In this document: positions 39,800 to 49,952 of the stretch, in pieces | Position numbering within the stretch: the first letter of the stretch is position 1 | Layout of the letters: each line of letters starts with the position of its first letter | Origin: an uncultured Gammaproteobacteria bacterium | GTDB lineage: Bacteria; Patescibacteriota; Patescibacteriia; Magasanikbacterales; JBBTQS01 | Direction of reading: 5' to 3' | NCBI GenBank assembly: GCA_965230935.1 | Contig: OZ246400.1 | Coordinates: 310,359-374,358, forward strand | Length of the DNA: 64,000 bases | Translations under genes and position numbers: made by a program | The notes under the pieces: model-generated | Databases searched by the model: none | The model's input: only the letters and a program-made list of their open reading frames with translations | Told to the model about the DNA's origin: nothing

Positions 39800-40099
39800 A
39801 TGGCTCAAGGTCACCAACAAGGAGAGATTGTGCGAGTATCAGTGTCAGAAGCAGCACGACTTTTTGGTGTTTCCCAACAATCCATTCGGCGTGCCATTAA
39901 AAGCAATGAGATCACTTACATTGTTGTTGCCGGCAGATACAAAATTAACTTTGAATCCCTTGTTAAGTGGTCTCAGCAAAAAACCCATCGCAAAAATAGA
40001 CTAGACTCAGCAGGCATTGGCCAATATGTTTCTAAGTGGAAAATTAGAAACAAACTCTACAGCCCAAGTAGCAAAACTGTCCGCAAAAACCACGAGTAA
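39800..40099 (+). CDS. helix-turn-helix DNA-binding protein (excisionase/MerR-like HTH_17 family)
   Basis: VSVSEAARLFGVSQQSIRRAIKSNEITYIVVAGRYKINFESLVKW matches excisionase-family HTH. Start at ATG 39800; the ORF-track TTG start at 39743 adds a hydrophobic leader. Confidence 0.55.
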   Translation: MAQGHQQGEIVRVSVSEAARLFGVSQQSIRRAIKSNEITYIVVAGRYKINFESLVKWSQQKTHRKNRLDSAGIGQYVSKWKIRNKLYSPSSKTVRKNHE

Positions 40100-40116
40100 C
40101 ATGCTATACTATAGTC

Positions 40117-41829
40117 ATGTTCAAGAAAATTTTTCATAATCGATACCTTCACTGGTACCAACACGCAAAGCAACTTTTTTTCTTTGACATTATCCTGCTT
40201 ATTGCCATTGTGGTGATCACAGGAACTGGCGTCTTTTTTTACTTTTACGGCTTTCCGGTGACCAGCAAAATCGACCTCACTGTCACACCCAAAGCGCCAA
40301 TTGCTGAATTCATTAGTGGAGAACCATTCGCCTTTGATGTCCAATACAAAAATAACAGTGAAGCACTTCTTCGAGATGTTCAACTTACGGTTTTGCTGCC
40401 CAATGGATACATTCCGGAATCGTTCCCTGACGAATATGACAAAACCAGCAATACATTGACACTCCCTGATTTGAGCCCGGGAGCCAATGGTACAGCAACT
40501 ATTACCGGCCAACTCTTGTTGTCAACTGACAGTACCACTACGCTCATTGCGCTCATCTCTTATAAACAAGAATCTCGTTCTGTGCGTGAACAAAAGACCA
40601 CTGCACTTACCCTAGTTCCACAAGAGCACGAATCAATTATTGGACTGTCAATTAACCAGCATGGTGTTACACCAAAGACCGTATTTTACACACAACAGCT
40701 CGCTACTACAGAATTGATAATCTGTAATATGAGTGATGTCGCGCCACTCCCACCAGTCACAATCCAAGTCAACCATCCAGACTTCGCCTCTCCTTCCCAA
40801 GGTGAAAATGCGCAAAGTACCTTTACCCTTGATTTCCCGATAGAACCTGGGGATCCATGTCATATTCAAGAACTTGCACTTACGCCACGTGATGACGTTG
40901 AGAAAGAAAGTGAGTTTGTTATCTCAACACGCTATTCAGGAAACACAGAAACGATTACAATCCACCAAGCCAAACAACCCTACCAGGTTCGTAATCCAAA
41001 ACCTCAACTTACCCTAACTAGTACTGAATCGATCTTCTCACCAGGCAAACAGCACGCCTTCACATTGAACCTGGAGAACCCACACGAGATGACACTCCAG
41101 GATATTATACTCACTATTCCCCAGTCACCATTTTTTTCTACAAAAACATTCACCAAGCAAACCCACCCCGAACTTAATGCGCTCGCGCCAAATGAATCAA
41201 CCCAAATACTCGTCACTATCAACACCAAAGCAAATCAACTCGAAGACACACCAAGTATCACGATAACACCGCAAGTTAGCTTTTCCCTAAATGATTTGAG
41301 CCAAGCATTGAATTACTCTGGTGAACCACTCACCCTCCTGATCCCGGCGCAACCACGACTTAGCGCCAATGCTCGATATTTTTCTCCGTATGGCGACCAA
41401 CTGGGGCGCGGGCCGCTCCCACCAATCGTTGGCCAACAAACCAAATATTGGATTTTTGTGAATGCAAGTGCGCAATATGGCACTATTGATAACTCGATTA
41501 TTGAACTTACCACTGCACCCCATGTCCAATTCACCAACAAACAGAGTGTGAGTAGCGGATCTGTATCAGCGCCATCCTCACGTTCGCGTGTCTGGAACCT
41601 TGGATCTATCCCTGGTGGCAAAACTGAAGGGCTCTTTCTTGAAGTTGCACTCACTCCATCTCCTGAGCAAGTCAACGCAAATGTTGCACTAATACAAAAC
41701 GCGACACTTGTTGGAATAGACTCTGCTACCCAAACAAGTGTCAGCGTTTCATTAGGATCGATTTTAAGCTCACTTACCAGTGACACCTTTGCGCAAGATT
41801 ACACTACAGAAGTACTTCCAGCTCCGTAG
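40117..41829 (+). CDS. membrane-anchored extracytoplasmic repeat protein (DUF11/CARDB-like repeats), hypothetical
   Basis: N-terminal TM (LFFFDIILLIAIVVITGTGVFFYFYGF), then repeated ...N.G...L.DV.L...LP.G...-type beta-sandwich-like segments. No enzymatic motif. Confidence 0.35.
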   Translation: MFKKIFHNRYLHWYQHAKQLFFFDIILLIAIVVITGTGVFFYFYGFPVTSKIDLTVTPKAPIAEFISGEPFAFDVQYKNNSEALLRDVQLTVLLPNGYIPESFPDEYDKTSNTLTLPDLSPGANGTATITGQLLLSTDSTTTLIALISYKQESRSVREQKTTALTLVPQEHESIIGLSINQHGVTPKTVFYTQQLATTELIICNMSDVAPLPPVTIQVNHPDFASPSQGENAQSTFTLDFPIEPGDPCHIQELALTPRDDVEKESEFVISTRYSGNTETITIHQAKQPYQVRNPKPQLTLTSTESIFSPGKQHAFTLNLENPHEMTLQDIILTIPQSPFFSTKTFTKQTHPELNALAPNESTQILVTINTKANQLEDTPSITITPQVSFSLNDLSQALNYSGEPLTLLIPAQPRLSANARYFSPYGDQLGRGPLPPIVGQQTKYWIFVNASAQYGTIDNSIIELTTAPHVQFTNKQSVSSGSVSAPSSRSRVWNLGSIPGGKTEGLFLEVALTPSPEQVNANVALIQNATLVGIDSATQTSVSVSLGSILSSLTSDTFAQDYTTEVLPAP

Positions 41830-42998
41830 GGCTCTACAACTTGCAATTCTTCGTAAATGCCGGAGAGCTTTTGAGCAATAGTGTCCCAATTATATCGTTG
41901 AGCAATAAATGCTTGCACATGCTCTCCTTGCTTTTCCACAAAATCAGGATCAAGTGCCAAGCGGATCATAGCATGTTCAAGCGCATCAACATTACCAACC
42001 GGAAAGATAAATCGCTCGTCTTTAACTGCCTCAAGATGAGGCGCGATGTCTGATACCAATACGGGAACCCCTTGTGCCATAATTTCAAGTACACTCATGG
42101 GCAACCCCTCTGCATATGAGGCATGTACGGCAAACTGCGCTTGACGCATGAGTGCGTGCAACGTTGCACCAGATTGAAATCCGGTAAAGACGATAGAATC
42201 ATCATGTGCTGCAATCGCCTTAAGGGATTGCAAGTATTCATCGGTAAACGCACCATCACCTACAATTGCCAATTGCTTATTTGTCATTACTTCGGGATGG
42301 CTTTTTTTGGCACGCAAATATGCCGCAATAATCTCATGAACACCTTTATGCGCAACCAAACGAGTCACCACAGCGATATATTGTTTTGGTTGCAAACTAA
42401 AATCGCGCACGATTTCGGCATCAAACTCAACGTTCACAGCCTCTGGGATAGTGGCACCATTTGGCAAATACTCACTCCGCACACCGTAGGTATCTTTAAT
42501 ATACTGCCCGATCATAAATGAGCTGGCCAACACCACGTGACCAAAATGGCTTGCTGCCCATTCACCAATACGCAATACCAATCGAGCAAACCAATTCCAT
42601 TTGGCATGCTCTCGGTCAATCGACTGAAAACTAATCACGACTTTTACCTGTGGAGTAAATACTCGTGGAATCCATGCAAGTAACGACGGACCAACACCAT
42701 GATAATGAATGATGTCATACCCGCGAAAGAGTGCGTGGATAGTTGAAGTAAACGTGTGAACAATAGCATCCAAATGTTTGGTATGAATGGTTGGCGTTTT
42801 AATAATCTTCATGCCTTTGTAGGTCGGCTTAGTTGTGGTGCTGTACCATGCTCGAGAATAAATACTCACCGCATGTCCATAACTTGCTAAACGACCACCC
42901 AATTCATCAACAGAACGTTCAACACCACCAAAAATCGCCGGCACACCTTTTGCACCGATCATGGCAATCTTCAATTTTCGTGTAGTGTTTTCTGTCAT
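41799..42998 (-). CDS. GT4 glycosyltransferase
   Basis: AEGLPMSVLEIMAQGVPVLVSD. Confidence 0.65.
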   Translation of the reverse strand: MTENTTRKLKIAMIGAKGVPAIFGGVERSVDELGGRLASYGHAVSIYSRAWYSTTTKPTYKGMKIIKTPTIHTKHLDAIVHTFTSTIHALFRGYDIIHYHGVGPSLLAWIPRVFTPQVKVVISFQSIDREHAKWNWFARLVLRIGEWAASHFGHVVLASSFMIGQYIKDTYGVRSEYLPNGATIPEAVNVEFDAEIVRDFSLQPKQYIAVVTRLVAHKGVHEIIAAYLRAKKSHPEVMTNKQLAIVGDGAFTDEYLQSLKAIAAHDDSIVFTGFQSGATLHALMRQAQFAVHASYAEGLPMSVLEIMAQGVPVLVSDIAPHLEAVKDERFIFPVGNVDALEHAMIRLALDPDFVEKQGEHVQAFIAQRYNWDTIAQKLSGIYEELQVVEPYGAGSTSVV

Positions 42999-43131
42999 AT
43001 TTCGCCTTAAAAAAGCAGCTAAAACTGCTTAATTTTAACTGCAAACTATAGCATATCTAAAACGTTTTGTCAAGTGAATAACCCGAAAAAATACCTTATT
43101 TAAGCAAAAATGAGAGACACCTAACATCAAA

Positions 43132-43155
43132 GGCGCCGCAAAAAACCGCGGCGCC
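43132..43155. terminator. GC-rich hairpin GGCGCCGC-N8-GCGGCGCC with T-rich flanks
   Basis: Perfect 8-bp stem 36 nt downstream of the stop of the 43191..45398 gene (minus strand). T-tracts lie on both sides. Confidence 0.5.
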
Positions 43156-43190
43156 TTCTCCTTTTTATGTATTATGTGGCCTGCAGCCAA

Positions 43191-45398
43191 TTACGCTGCT
43201 ATATCATAGTCAGTGGATGGTTTTTGAGACTTTTTCCTTCCTTTTTTTTGTAAAGAAGCAAGTTTCTTTTTGAGCACTTTTGGTTTCAGTGGAGGAATCG
43301 GCTCTTGACCTGCATTTGTCTTTTGCTCTGTAAATCCCCCTCTAATCAAATCTGGAGGCTCATGACTCGCACGGTTACTAGCCGGTGCTTCTTGAGGTGC
43401 AACATACGGATCAAATTCCGGATGATGATCAAAATACGTCGGGTCTTGCAAAACAGTCAGCGCCTCCCGATCTCTACGCTGTCGTAACAAATCATATACC
43501 TTCTTAAGAATCTGCTCGTGACCTTTTGCATCTTCTTGATCAGGCCAATCAAATCGCTCTGCTAATTGACGCATGGCATCCGGCCTTAAACTCAAATGCC
43601 CCAAACCTTCGCCAACACGTTGTCGAACGACATCAACATCATCTGGAGTAAACTCCATATCGTTGTTTACATCAATCACCATTTGAAGTGCAGCTGCCAT
43701 GTCATTCTTTTCAAGGAGCATTGCTTCAAGTTTCTCAAGATGTTGCTCCAAAACAGAAGGTGCTACTTCTGACTCACGATCTGACACTAAAGGAGTGGGG
43801 CTATCTTCTTGTGGAGCTACGGCTGATTCAACCACTTCTTGTTGCCCATGCTCATCAAGTATTTGGGCCATGTTAACCACTTCGGTCTTGGCACCAATCC
43901 CCATCTCTTGGTCTGATCCTACTGGCTCGGACTCAGTAGGAGCTGACTCGATGGACTTAGGAGGTGAGTCTGGTGCCGATTCATTAGTTGGCTGCGTCTC
44001 TACTCCCAATATCTGCAATGCTTTATCAAGTTGTAATTCTTTTGCAACACGAACTGCTTCCTCTCGACTCGTTCCCATTCCAGCCAAAACTTCAACAATC
44101 CCCGACCTGCCAGCCTCCTTATCTTTTGGCATCATCTTATTGAGTCGCTTTAAGAACCCTGCTTTACCACTCACATGATCGCGTTGTAAATCATCAAAAA
44201 TATCCCAACGATCAACTCCTTCATGAGCTGCAAGTCTATCAATAATATGATTTAACACTATCACCTGCGGCTTGTACCGTTCATATCGTGTTAATTCTCC
44301 ATGTTCGACCGACTCCATAGACTGCGAATCGCGCAAACGTGCACGAACTTCCATAGCAAACATCTCAGTAGTAGCTTCAGTAAGCCCTTCAAAAAACAAC
44401 TTTCCAGTTGAGGGATTGTGCATCCGTGTTCCAATACGCTGTTCAATTGTTATATCCTGCTCACCTTCTTTTTTCGTCACTACCATCCGTGTAAACCCGG
44501 ACATATGCGCCATCTCATGAGATAAATCGCGAAGAAACTCAAGTGGATCATCTTGACGACGAATGTATAGATGTCCTTTATGATACTCCCCACCGTGGGC
44601 ACCAACTTTTGCCTCAAACTCCTCATCAGATACAATATGAATTCTATCAACAGTGAGCTGATTTTCCTCAAATCCAAGCTGCCCCAAATTCTGATTAATC
44701 GAAGCTAGCACATCAACAATCGCCTGTCGCTCAAATGCTGTAGGCTCAAGCTCTACAATATTCTCTTTTTCTCGTGCCCAATCCTGTGCCTCTTCTTGGG
44801 CCAATTCTTCACGCTGCTGCATAGTCTTCACCACTCGCTTACCCTCAGCATCTACTAATCGACTGTGCCGATCATCATTCCATTTTGCAAATGATGCATC
44901 GGTTTCTTCTTGCAGTGCTGCAACATCTCCAGTATGTTCATCAGCCAATCGCGGTTCAGCACCTGGCATATCAAGCGCATGAGCAGCCACTTGGGTCACA
45001 TTCGTATTTGCTTCAGTATCCTGGACATGGTGTTGCTGTGCCGCATCGTCAATTTCACGCTCAACCTGAACTGCTGCTTGCTCTGCTGCTTTTTCCTCAG
45101 TCAATTCACCATCTTGATACGCATAGTAATCAGCAAGCTTTTGCCATCGATCCCCAAACCCAAACGCATCTTTAATACGATCGATTTGATCCGGTGGTTT
45201 GGGCGGCGCTTCAGCTTCTGCTTTGCGACGTGCTTCTTCCACCTCCCGTGCACCTTTCCATGGATCATCAAGATCATCGTATTGATCTTTTTCAAATCCG
45301 CGCAAATGCTCAGAAGCAGCCTTCATGGCCTTCTTCGCTTTTCCATCTTTCTTCTTTTTTGATGAATCATCCATCAAGTTGATTTTCATTTTTACCAT
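43191..45398 (-). CDS. hypothetical acidic 735-aa protein with HExxH motif (possible zinc-metallopeptidase-like core), Lys-rich termini
   Basis: LSHEMAHMSGF (HEMAH) in the middle. Very Glu/Asp-rich, with K-rich N- and C-termini (KKKKDGKAKKAMK ... LQKKGRKKSQK). No signal peptide or TM segment seen. Confidence 0.4.
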   Translation of the reverse strand: MVKMKINLMDDSSKKKKDGKAKKAMKAASEHLRGFEKDQYDDLDDPWKGAREVEEARRKAEAEAPPKPPDQIDRIKDAFGFGDRWQKLADYYAYQDGELTEEKAAEQAAVQVEREIDDAAQQHHVQDTEANTNVTQVAAHALDMPGAEPRLADEHTGDVAALQEETDASFAKWNDDRHSRLVDAEGKRVVKTMQQREELAQEEAQDWAREKENIVELEPTAFERQAIVDVLASINQNLGQLGFEENQLTVDRIHIVSDEEFEAKVGAHGGEYHKGHLYIRRQDDPLEFLRDLSHEMAHMSGFTRMVVTKKEGEQDITIEQRIGTRMHNPSTGKLFFEGLTEATTEMFAMEVRARLRDSQSMESVEHGELTRYERYKPQVIVLNHIIDRLAAHEGVDRWDIFDDLQRDHVSGKAGFLKRLNKMMPKDKEAGRSGIVEVLAGMGTSREEAVRVAKELQLDKALQILGVETQPTNESAPDSPPKSIESAPTESEPVGSDQEMGIGAKTEVVNMAQILDEHGQQEVVESAVAPQEDSPTPLVSDRESEVAPSVLEQHLEKLEAMLLEKNDMAAALQMVIDVNNDMEFTPDDVDVVRQRVGEGLGHLSLRPDAMRQLAERFDWPDQEDAKGHEQILKKVYDLLRQRRDREALTVLQDPTYFDHHPEFDPYVAPQEAPASNRASHEPPDLIRGGFTEQKTNAGQEPIPPLKPKVLKKKLASLQKKGRKKSQKPSTDYDIAA

Positions 45399-45404
45399 AT
45401 AATT

Positions 45405-45602
45405 CTATTTGGAAAAAAATTCTGATGTAATATCTTTTCGAACTTGCTGTGCCTGTTTTGTATTCTCCTGCACCACAATGGAATCCACTAATTGTTTCCG
45501 ACGCTTTGCAATTGCATCACGACGATGCAAAAATCGCACAAAAGCATGCGCAGTTTTTGCAACTCGTTTTGCAATGTTTGAAATTGAATCACCATTACTC
45601 AT
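45405..45602 (-). CDS. small basic hypothetical protein (65 aa)
   Basis: ORF only. Lies between two minus-strand genes with short gaps. Lys/Arg-rich. Confidence 0.25.
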   Translation of the reverse strand: MSNGDSISNIAKRVAKTAHAFVRFLHRRDAIAKRRKQLVDSIVVQENTKQAQQVRKDITSEFFSK

Positions 45603-45620
45603 AGTATTGCTAGTATACCA

Positions 45621-47711
45621 TCACTCCAGTCCTAACACACTAATCGTCAGGACGTTATCAGTCATGGCCATAATCTCATCAATACCATCGCCATCAAAAT
45701 CAGCTGCTCCTACCATAATCCCACCACGATCGTGTTTTGAAAATGCATGAAACGATTCTCCTACTTGATTCCCTTCATGATCAAATACCTGTACCAGCGG
45801 TGGGCTCCCAGGACCCGGTCCAGTCACAATCTCTACATCACCATCACCGTCAACATCTGCTGCAGCCACACGAATTCCACCATTGGTCTGCTTAAATGGA
45901 AAAAACCCAGGCGATAACAGTCGCCCATCACCTGAAAATACTTGCACGTGTGCTCCACCGCCAACTCCTGCTCCAGCAATAATCTCAGTAAACCCATTAC
46001 CATTTGTATCCCCAACCGCGACATTTACACCCCCACGAAACTTGGGATGAAATGCAAAAAAACCACCATTGAGCAATCGCCCATCACCAGCAAAGACACG
46101 GATATGTGGACCGCCGCCATTTCGTGTTCCGGTCACAATCTCTTTTGCCTTGCCGCCGGTCACATTGCCGGTAGCAATGGTAATTCCACCACGATATGTT
46201 GGTGCATAAGCTGGAAATTTCACGCGTAATGAGCCGCTTTGCTCATATACATACACATAGGTTTCATCCGAGACGATTTTTTCAATCGTGCCATCTCCTT
46301 CTAAATCATCGAATAATACCTGATTACCTCCACCCTCTTCTGGCTCATATGCAAAAAATCCATTGCGCTGTGTTTTCCCATATTCGTCAAACACCCGGGC
46401 AAATGCTCCATTATCAAAGCTGGTGCCATAAAATCTCTCGATACGTCGCAATAAAATCCGTCCATCTTGTGCAGGAATTGATACTGCACTCACAATCCGG
46501 CCGGAATTTGCTTTGGTGTCTTGCGTACCGTGGATATGCTCAAACTCACCATCGAGAACCACCGTCTTGGCACTGTTAGTTGCATTGACCAACACCGTCC
46601 CATGCGTAAAATCACGCCGCCATACTCCATCTTCATCAAACACCCAGTTATGTTTTGCATCCACTCGATACGGATCTCCAGTTGCTTCTCCTAAGAATGC
46701 TTCATACTCATCATACCACCACAAACTCTCATGGTGTGCATCTCCATCATCAAATGAATAAAACCCATCTCCCATCAAAGCGCTCGCTAATCCAAATCGC
46801 ATGGCGCGATAATCTGTGGAATCAACATGATTATTAGTATTACTGTTGACAATCGAGGTGTTTGGCTCAGCACCAGCATCTTCAAAAGTGCGATACTGAT
46901 TTAATGTCTGCCGCCACCCATAACGAGGAAAATTTTCATACATGACGCCATTGAGTGTTGTAAACCCTGAATCACCATTTCCAATAAGGACAATACGACC
47001 ACTCGCTAACGTTCGGGTTTGCTCATACAACAAATTCATCCCATCTTTCCACGCGCTATTAATTCGTGTCACTGTGTCCGTGCCACCAGACCCGTCAATA
47101 TTAATATCGCTGCCGGCAAAATCAGCAATCCGCTCCCATGAGTTATCATAAAATACCCCATCCCAATGCGCAGTGCTTAAAATCTCATTTACCACGTGCG
47201 TGGCCAAGTATTGATAATACCGTTGACCATTATGCATTGGCGCGGCTGTAGAGATATTCAGTAAATCCATTCCCGGCCACCAAGACAACTTCTGCCCTTG
47301 TGCATTTTTCAAATACCACTTCTGCGGAATCTCGCTCCAGCGCTGGTACCGCAACGGGCTAATGGTTCGTAGTGACCCAGCATCTTGGCGAAGATCCTGA
47401 CTGGTAACGTATGCCAAAATCACAATGTCTGGATTAAGTTTTCGAATTAATTGCAGTGATTCAGGATTGCGCTCTTGCACTTCAGCGTCAAGCACGAGCA
47501 AATCCCATTGTGCCAACTCGCGCGCTTGTTGCTCACTTACGGTCCAAGACAAAAAGTAATTCGCACGTTTTGGAAACGTTTGTTTAATGGTCACAGCGTG
47601 AAACCCCTGCACATACCAAAATATACCGAGAAGCAACGCGATCGGAATACTGGCGCGACGCACCAGAGTAAAATATGATTTTCTAGTATCACGAAGCGAT
47701 AACATACTCAT
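45621..47711 (-). CDS. secreted/anchored protein: N-terminal TIM-barrel glycoside-hydrolase-like domain (GH114-like, tentative) plus C-terminal FG-GAP/VCBS-type Ca-binding repeats
   Basis: N-terminal hydrophobic anchor (IPIALLLGIFWYV). C-terminal repeats GDTNGNGFTEIIAGAGVGGGAHVQVF, DVDGDGDVEIVTGPGPG, DFDGDGIDEI. The N-domain call rests on weak motif resemblance only. Confidence 0.4.
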   Translation of the reverse strand: MSMLSLRDTRKSYFTLVRRASIPIALLLGIFWYVQGFHAVTIKQTFPKRANYFLSWTVSEQQARELAQWDLLVLDAEVQERNPESLQLIRKLNPDIVILAYVTSQDLRQDAGSLRTISPLRYQRWSEIPQKWYLKNAQGQKLSWWPGMDLLNISTAAPMHNGQRYYQYLATHVVNEILSTAHWDGVFYDNSWERIADFAGSDINIDGSGGTDTVTRINSAWKDGMNLLYEQTRTLASGRIVLIGNGDSGFTTLNGVMYENFPRYGWRQTLNQYRTFEDAGAEPNTSIVNSNTNNHVDSTDYRAMRFGLASALMGDGFYSFDDGDAHHESLWWYDEYEAFLGEATGDPYRVDAKHNWVFDEDGVWRRDFTHGTVLVNATNSAKTVVLDGEFEHIHGTQDTKANSGRIVSAVSIPAQDGRILLRRIERFYGTSFDNGAFARVFDEYGKTQRNGFFAYEPEEGGGNQVLFDDLEGDGTIEKIVSDETYVYVYEQSGSLRVKFPAYAPTYRGGITIATGNVTGGKAKEIVTGTRNGGGPHIRVFAGDGRLLNGGFFAFHPKFRGGVNVAVGDTNGNGFTEIIAGAGVGGGAHVQVFSGDGRLLSPGFFPFKQTNGGIRVAAADVDGDGDVEIVTGPGPGSPPLVQVFDHEGNQVGESFHAFSKHDRGGIMVGAADFDGDGIDEIMAMTDNVLTISVLGLE

Positions 47712-48852
47712 ACACTTTCATCAATCGTTCATAATGCAGCTCCAAATTATGCTGGCTAACCACCCATTCTCGAGCAGCCAAACTTATTGCATCTTTTGTG
47801 GTTGATGGTAGCTGTTGAACTTGATCAAGCATATCAATCCATGCATGGGTATTATTTGGCTGAACCAAAAAACCAGTTTTGCCATGGGCAATTTGCTCTG
47901 GAATCCCACCAACACGCGACGCGACCACAACCTTTCCCATTGCCTGTGCTTCGAGTACGGCAAATGGATAATTTTCTGACCATGTTGACGGAACAACAAC
48001 CACACCGGCACGCGAGATAAATTCAATCAACTTGTCTTTTTTCAAAAATCCAAGCAACTCAACATTATTGAGTGACTTGTGTTTAATAGTCGCTTCAAGT
48101 TTTGATTCGAGTGGCCCTCTCCCCGCGATACGAAACTGCACATGAGGCAATCGGGCTGCAACCGCTACAAGCAACTCCAATCCTTTTTCATGGGAGAGCC
48201 GACCAGCATAAGCAACATAGCCATCGTCATGTTGCGAAAATACAAACGCATTGGTGTCTACGGTATATGGTAAATGCACAAAACGCTCTTTGGGCCACCC
48301 GGCCTTAATACAAAAATCCATCATAAATTGACTTGGCGCCAAAAATAAATCAACCCCCTGATCATACGAGCGTAAAAGCTGATGAAGCATGCGCTCAAGC
48401 CCTCCAAGTGCTTTATGCGCTACTGAACGTTTTGCCGTTAAACTGTAATCAGCAGAGACGAGTTTGTAGTCATGCAAACTCATTACTACCGGTATGTGAT
48501 GTTTTTTAAGTACCGGCAAAATCGATGGGGTAAGGTGGTGATAGATATTGTGCACATGCGCCACATCAAACGGACCAACAGCACTGATTAATGATTCTAA
48601 TTTGCGTCGCGCTTCAGTGGAATATACAAATCGGCCTGCTTTGCGCAACGTGCGCATCGGTCCTTCACTTTGCCGAAAATCAACTTGAGAAACAAAATAG
48701 CGGCTATACTCACTTGATTCATTTTGCCTATGGTGCATAGCAAATGGAACCACAGTGTGCTGATGAGTGCTGAGCAACTCGCTGACATTTAAAAAATAGG
48801 TACTAGCACCATCTCGACGGAAAAAATGTTTATGAATCTGGAGAATGTTCAT
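47689..48852 (-). CDS. GT4 glycosyltransferase
   Basis: SENYPFAVLEAQAMGKVVVASRVGGIPEQI. Confidence 0.65.
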   Translation of the reverse strand: MNILQIHKHFFRRDGASTYFLNVSELLSTHQHTVVPFAMHHRQNESSEYSRYFVSQVDFRQSEGPMRTLRKAGRFVYSTEARRKLESLISAVGPFDVAHVHNIYHHLTPSILPVLKKHHIPVVMSLHDYKLVSADYSLTAKRSVAHKALGGLERMLHQLLRSYDQGVDLFLAPSQFMMDFCIKAGWPKERFVHLPYTVDTNAFVFSQHDDGYVAYAGRLSHEKGLELLVAVAARLPHVQFRIAGRGPLESKLEATIKHKSLNNVELLGFLKKDKLIEFISRAGVVVVPSTWSENYPFAVLEAQAMGKVVVASRVGGIPEQIAHGKTGFLVQPNNTHAWIDMLDQVQQLPSTTKDAISLAAREWVVSQHNLELHYERLMKVYEYVIAS

Positions 48853-49952
48853 GATCGTAGTAAAAGATCAAAATACAATTGTTCATATGCACGAACCATA
48901 TCTTCAATTGCAAAATGCTCATGAGCATGGGTGCGTGCATTTTGCCCAACCACTTGCGCATCTGATCTTCGCTCAATGACAAACTGCACCATCTGTGCCA
49001 GTGCTTCTGAATCCTCAGATGATACAAGATACCCAGTCCTGCCGTGCTCAATCAGTTCTGGAATCCCGCCGACACGAGTGGCTATTACTGGCATACCAGT
49101 GCTCATGGCTTCCATAATCACCAGTCCCAGTCCTTCCCAGCGAGAAGCCAAAACAAACACATCATGCTGTGCGTACAACTCTGGCATTTCATCGGTGGTT
49201 CCGTAAAGCTGTACTTTGTTGACCAACCCCAACAATCGAATCCGATCTTCAAGAATCGAAAGTAACGAACCATTTCCTACAATAGTAAGCGTCCATGGGA
49301 GATCACGGATTGCAGAGAGTGCACTGAGCAACACATCAAATCCTTTTTGCTCTTCAAGGCGCCCGACGCTCAATAATTTGACGTGTGGTGCATCAACCAA
49401 TGACAAACGAGATATCTGCGCAAATCTGGAAAGCTCGATACGATTTGGAATCACGACAATTTTTTTCGGATTCACCTTTTCGACTGTGGTTGCATACTCC
49501 GCAACTGCACGAGAAATCACGATGATCCGATCAGAAATTTTGGCTACCCAGCGCTTGAGGAAATGTTTAAACGATGATTCATCAAACCAGGTGTTATGTT
49601 CGGTCGAAACAATTACCGGCACGCGTGCAAAAAATGCAGCGATTTTCCCCCATACATCTGCGCCAAATAAGTGTGTATGCACGATATCTGGTCGTGCTTT
49701 TCGAAATGCTCGCCACAGCTTGATTGTTAAACGAAATCCGAAATCACCCATATTAGGCATATGAATCACCTTGACCCCGGCATCGCGAATCACGTGTTCA
49801 AACGGACCAAGCGCCACAACCGTGATAACTACCATGGCAAAACGCGACCGGTCATGATATTTTGCAATATCAGCCAACAATCGTTCAGCGCCACCAAAAC
49901 GCAACGTGGGAATAACGTGTACTACTTTGATTTTGATGTTGTTTTTTGACAT
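48849..49952 (-). CDS. GT4 glycosyltransferase
   Basis: WEGLGLVIMEAMSTGMPVIATRVGGIPELI. The internal Met (MSKNNIKIKVVHV) at 49952 is the likelier start. Confidence 0.65.
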   Translation of the reverse strand: MSKNNIKIKVVHVIPTLRFGGAERLLADIAKYHDRSRFAMVVITVVALGPFEHVIRDAGVKVIHMPNMGDFGFRLTIKLWRAFRKARPDIVHTHLFGADVWGKIAAFFARVPVIVSTEHNTWFDESSFKHFLKRWVAKISDRIIVISRAVAEYATTVEKVNPKKIVVIPNRIELSRFAQISRLSLVDAPHVKLLSVGRLEEQKGFDVLLSALSAIRDLPWTLTIVGNGSLLSILEDRIRLLGLVNKVQLYGTTDEMPELYAQHDVFVLASRWEGLGLVIMEAMSTGMPVIATRVGGIPELIEHGRTGYLVSSEDSEALAQMVQFVIERRSDAQVVGQNARTHAHEHFAIEDMVRAYEQLYFDLLLRS

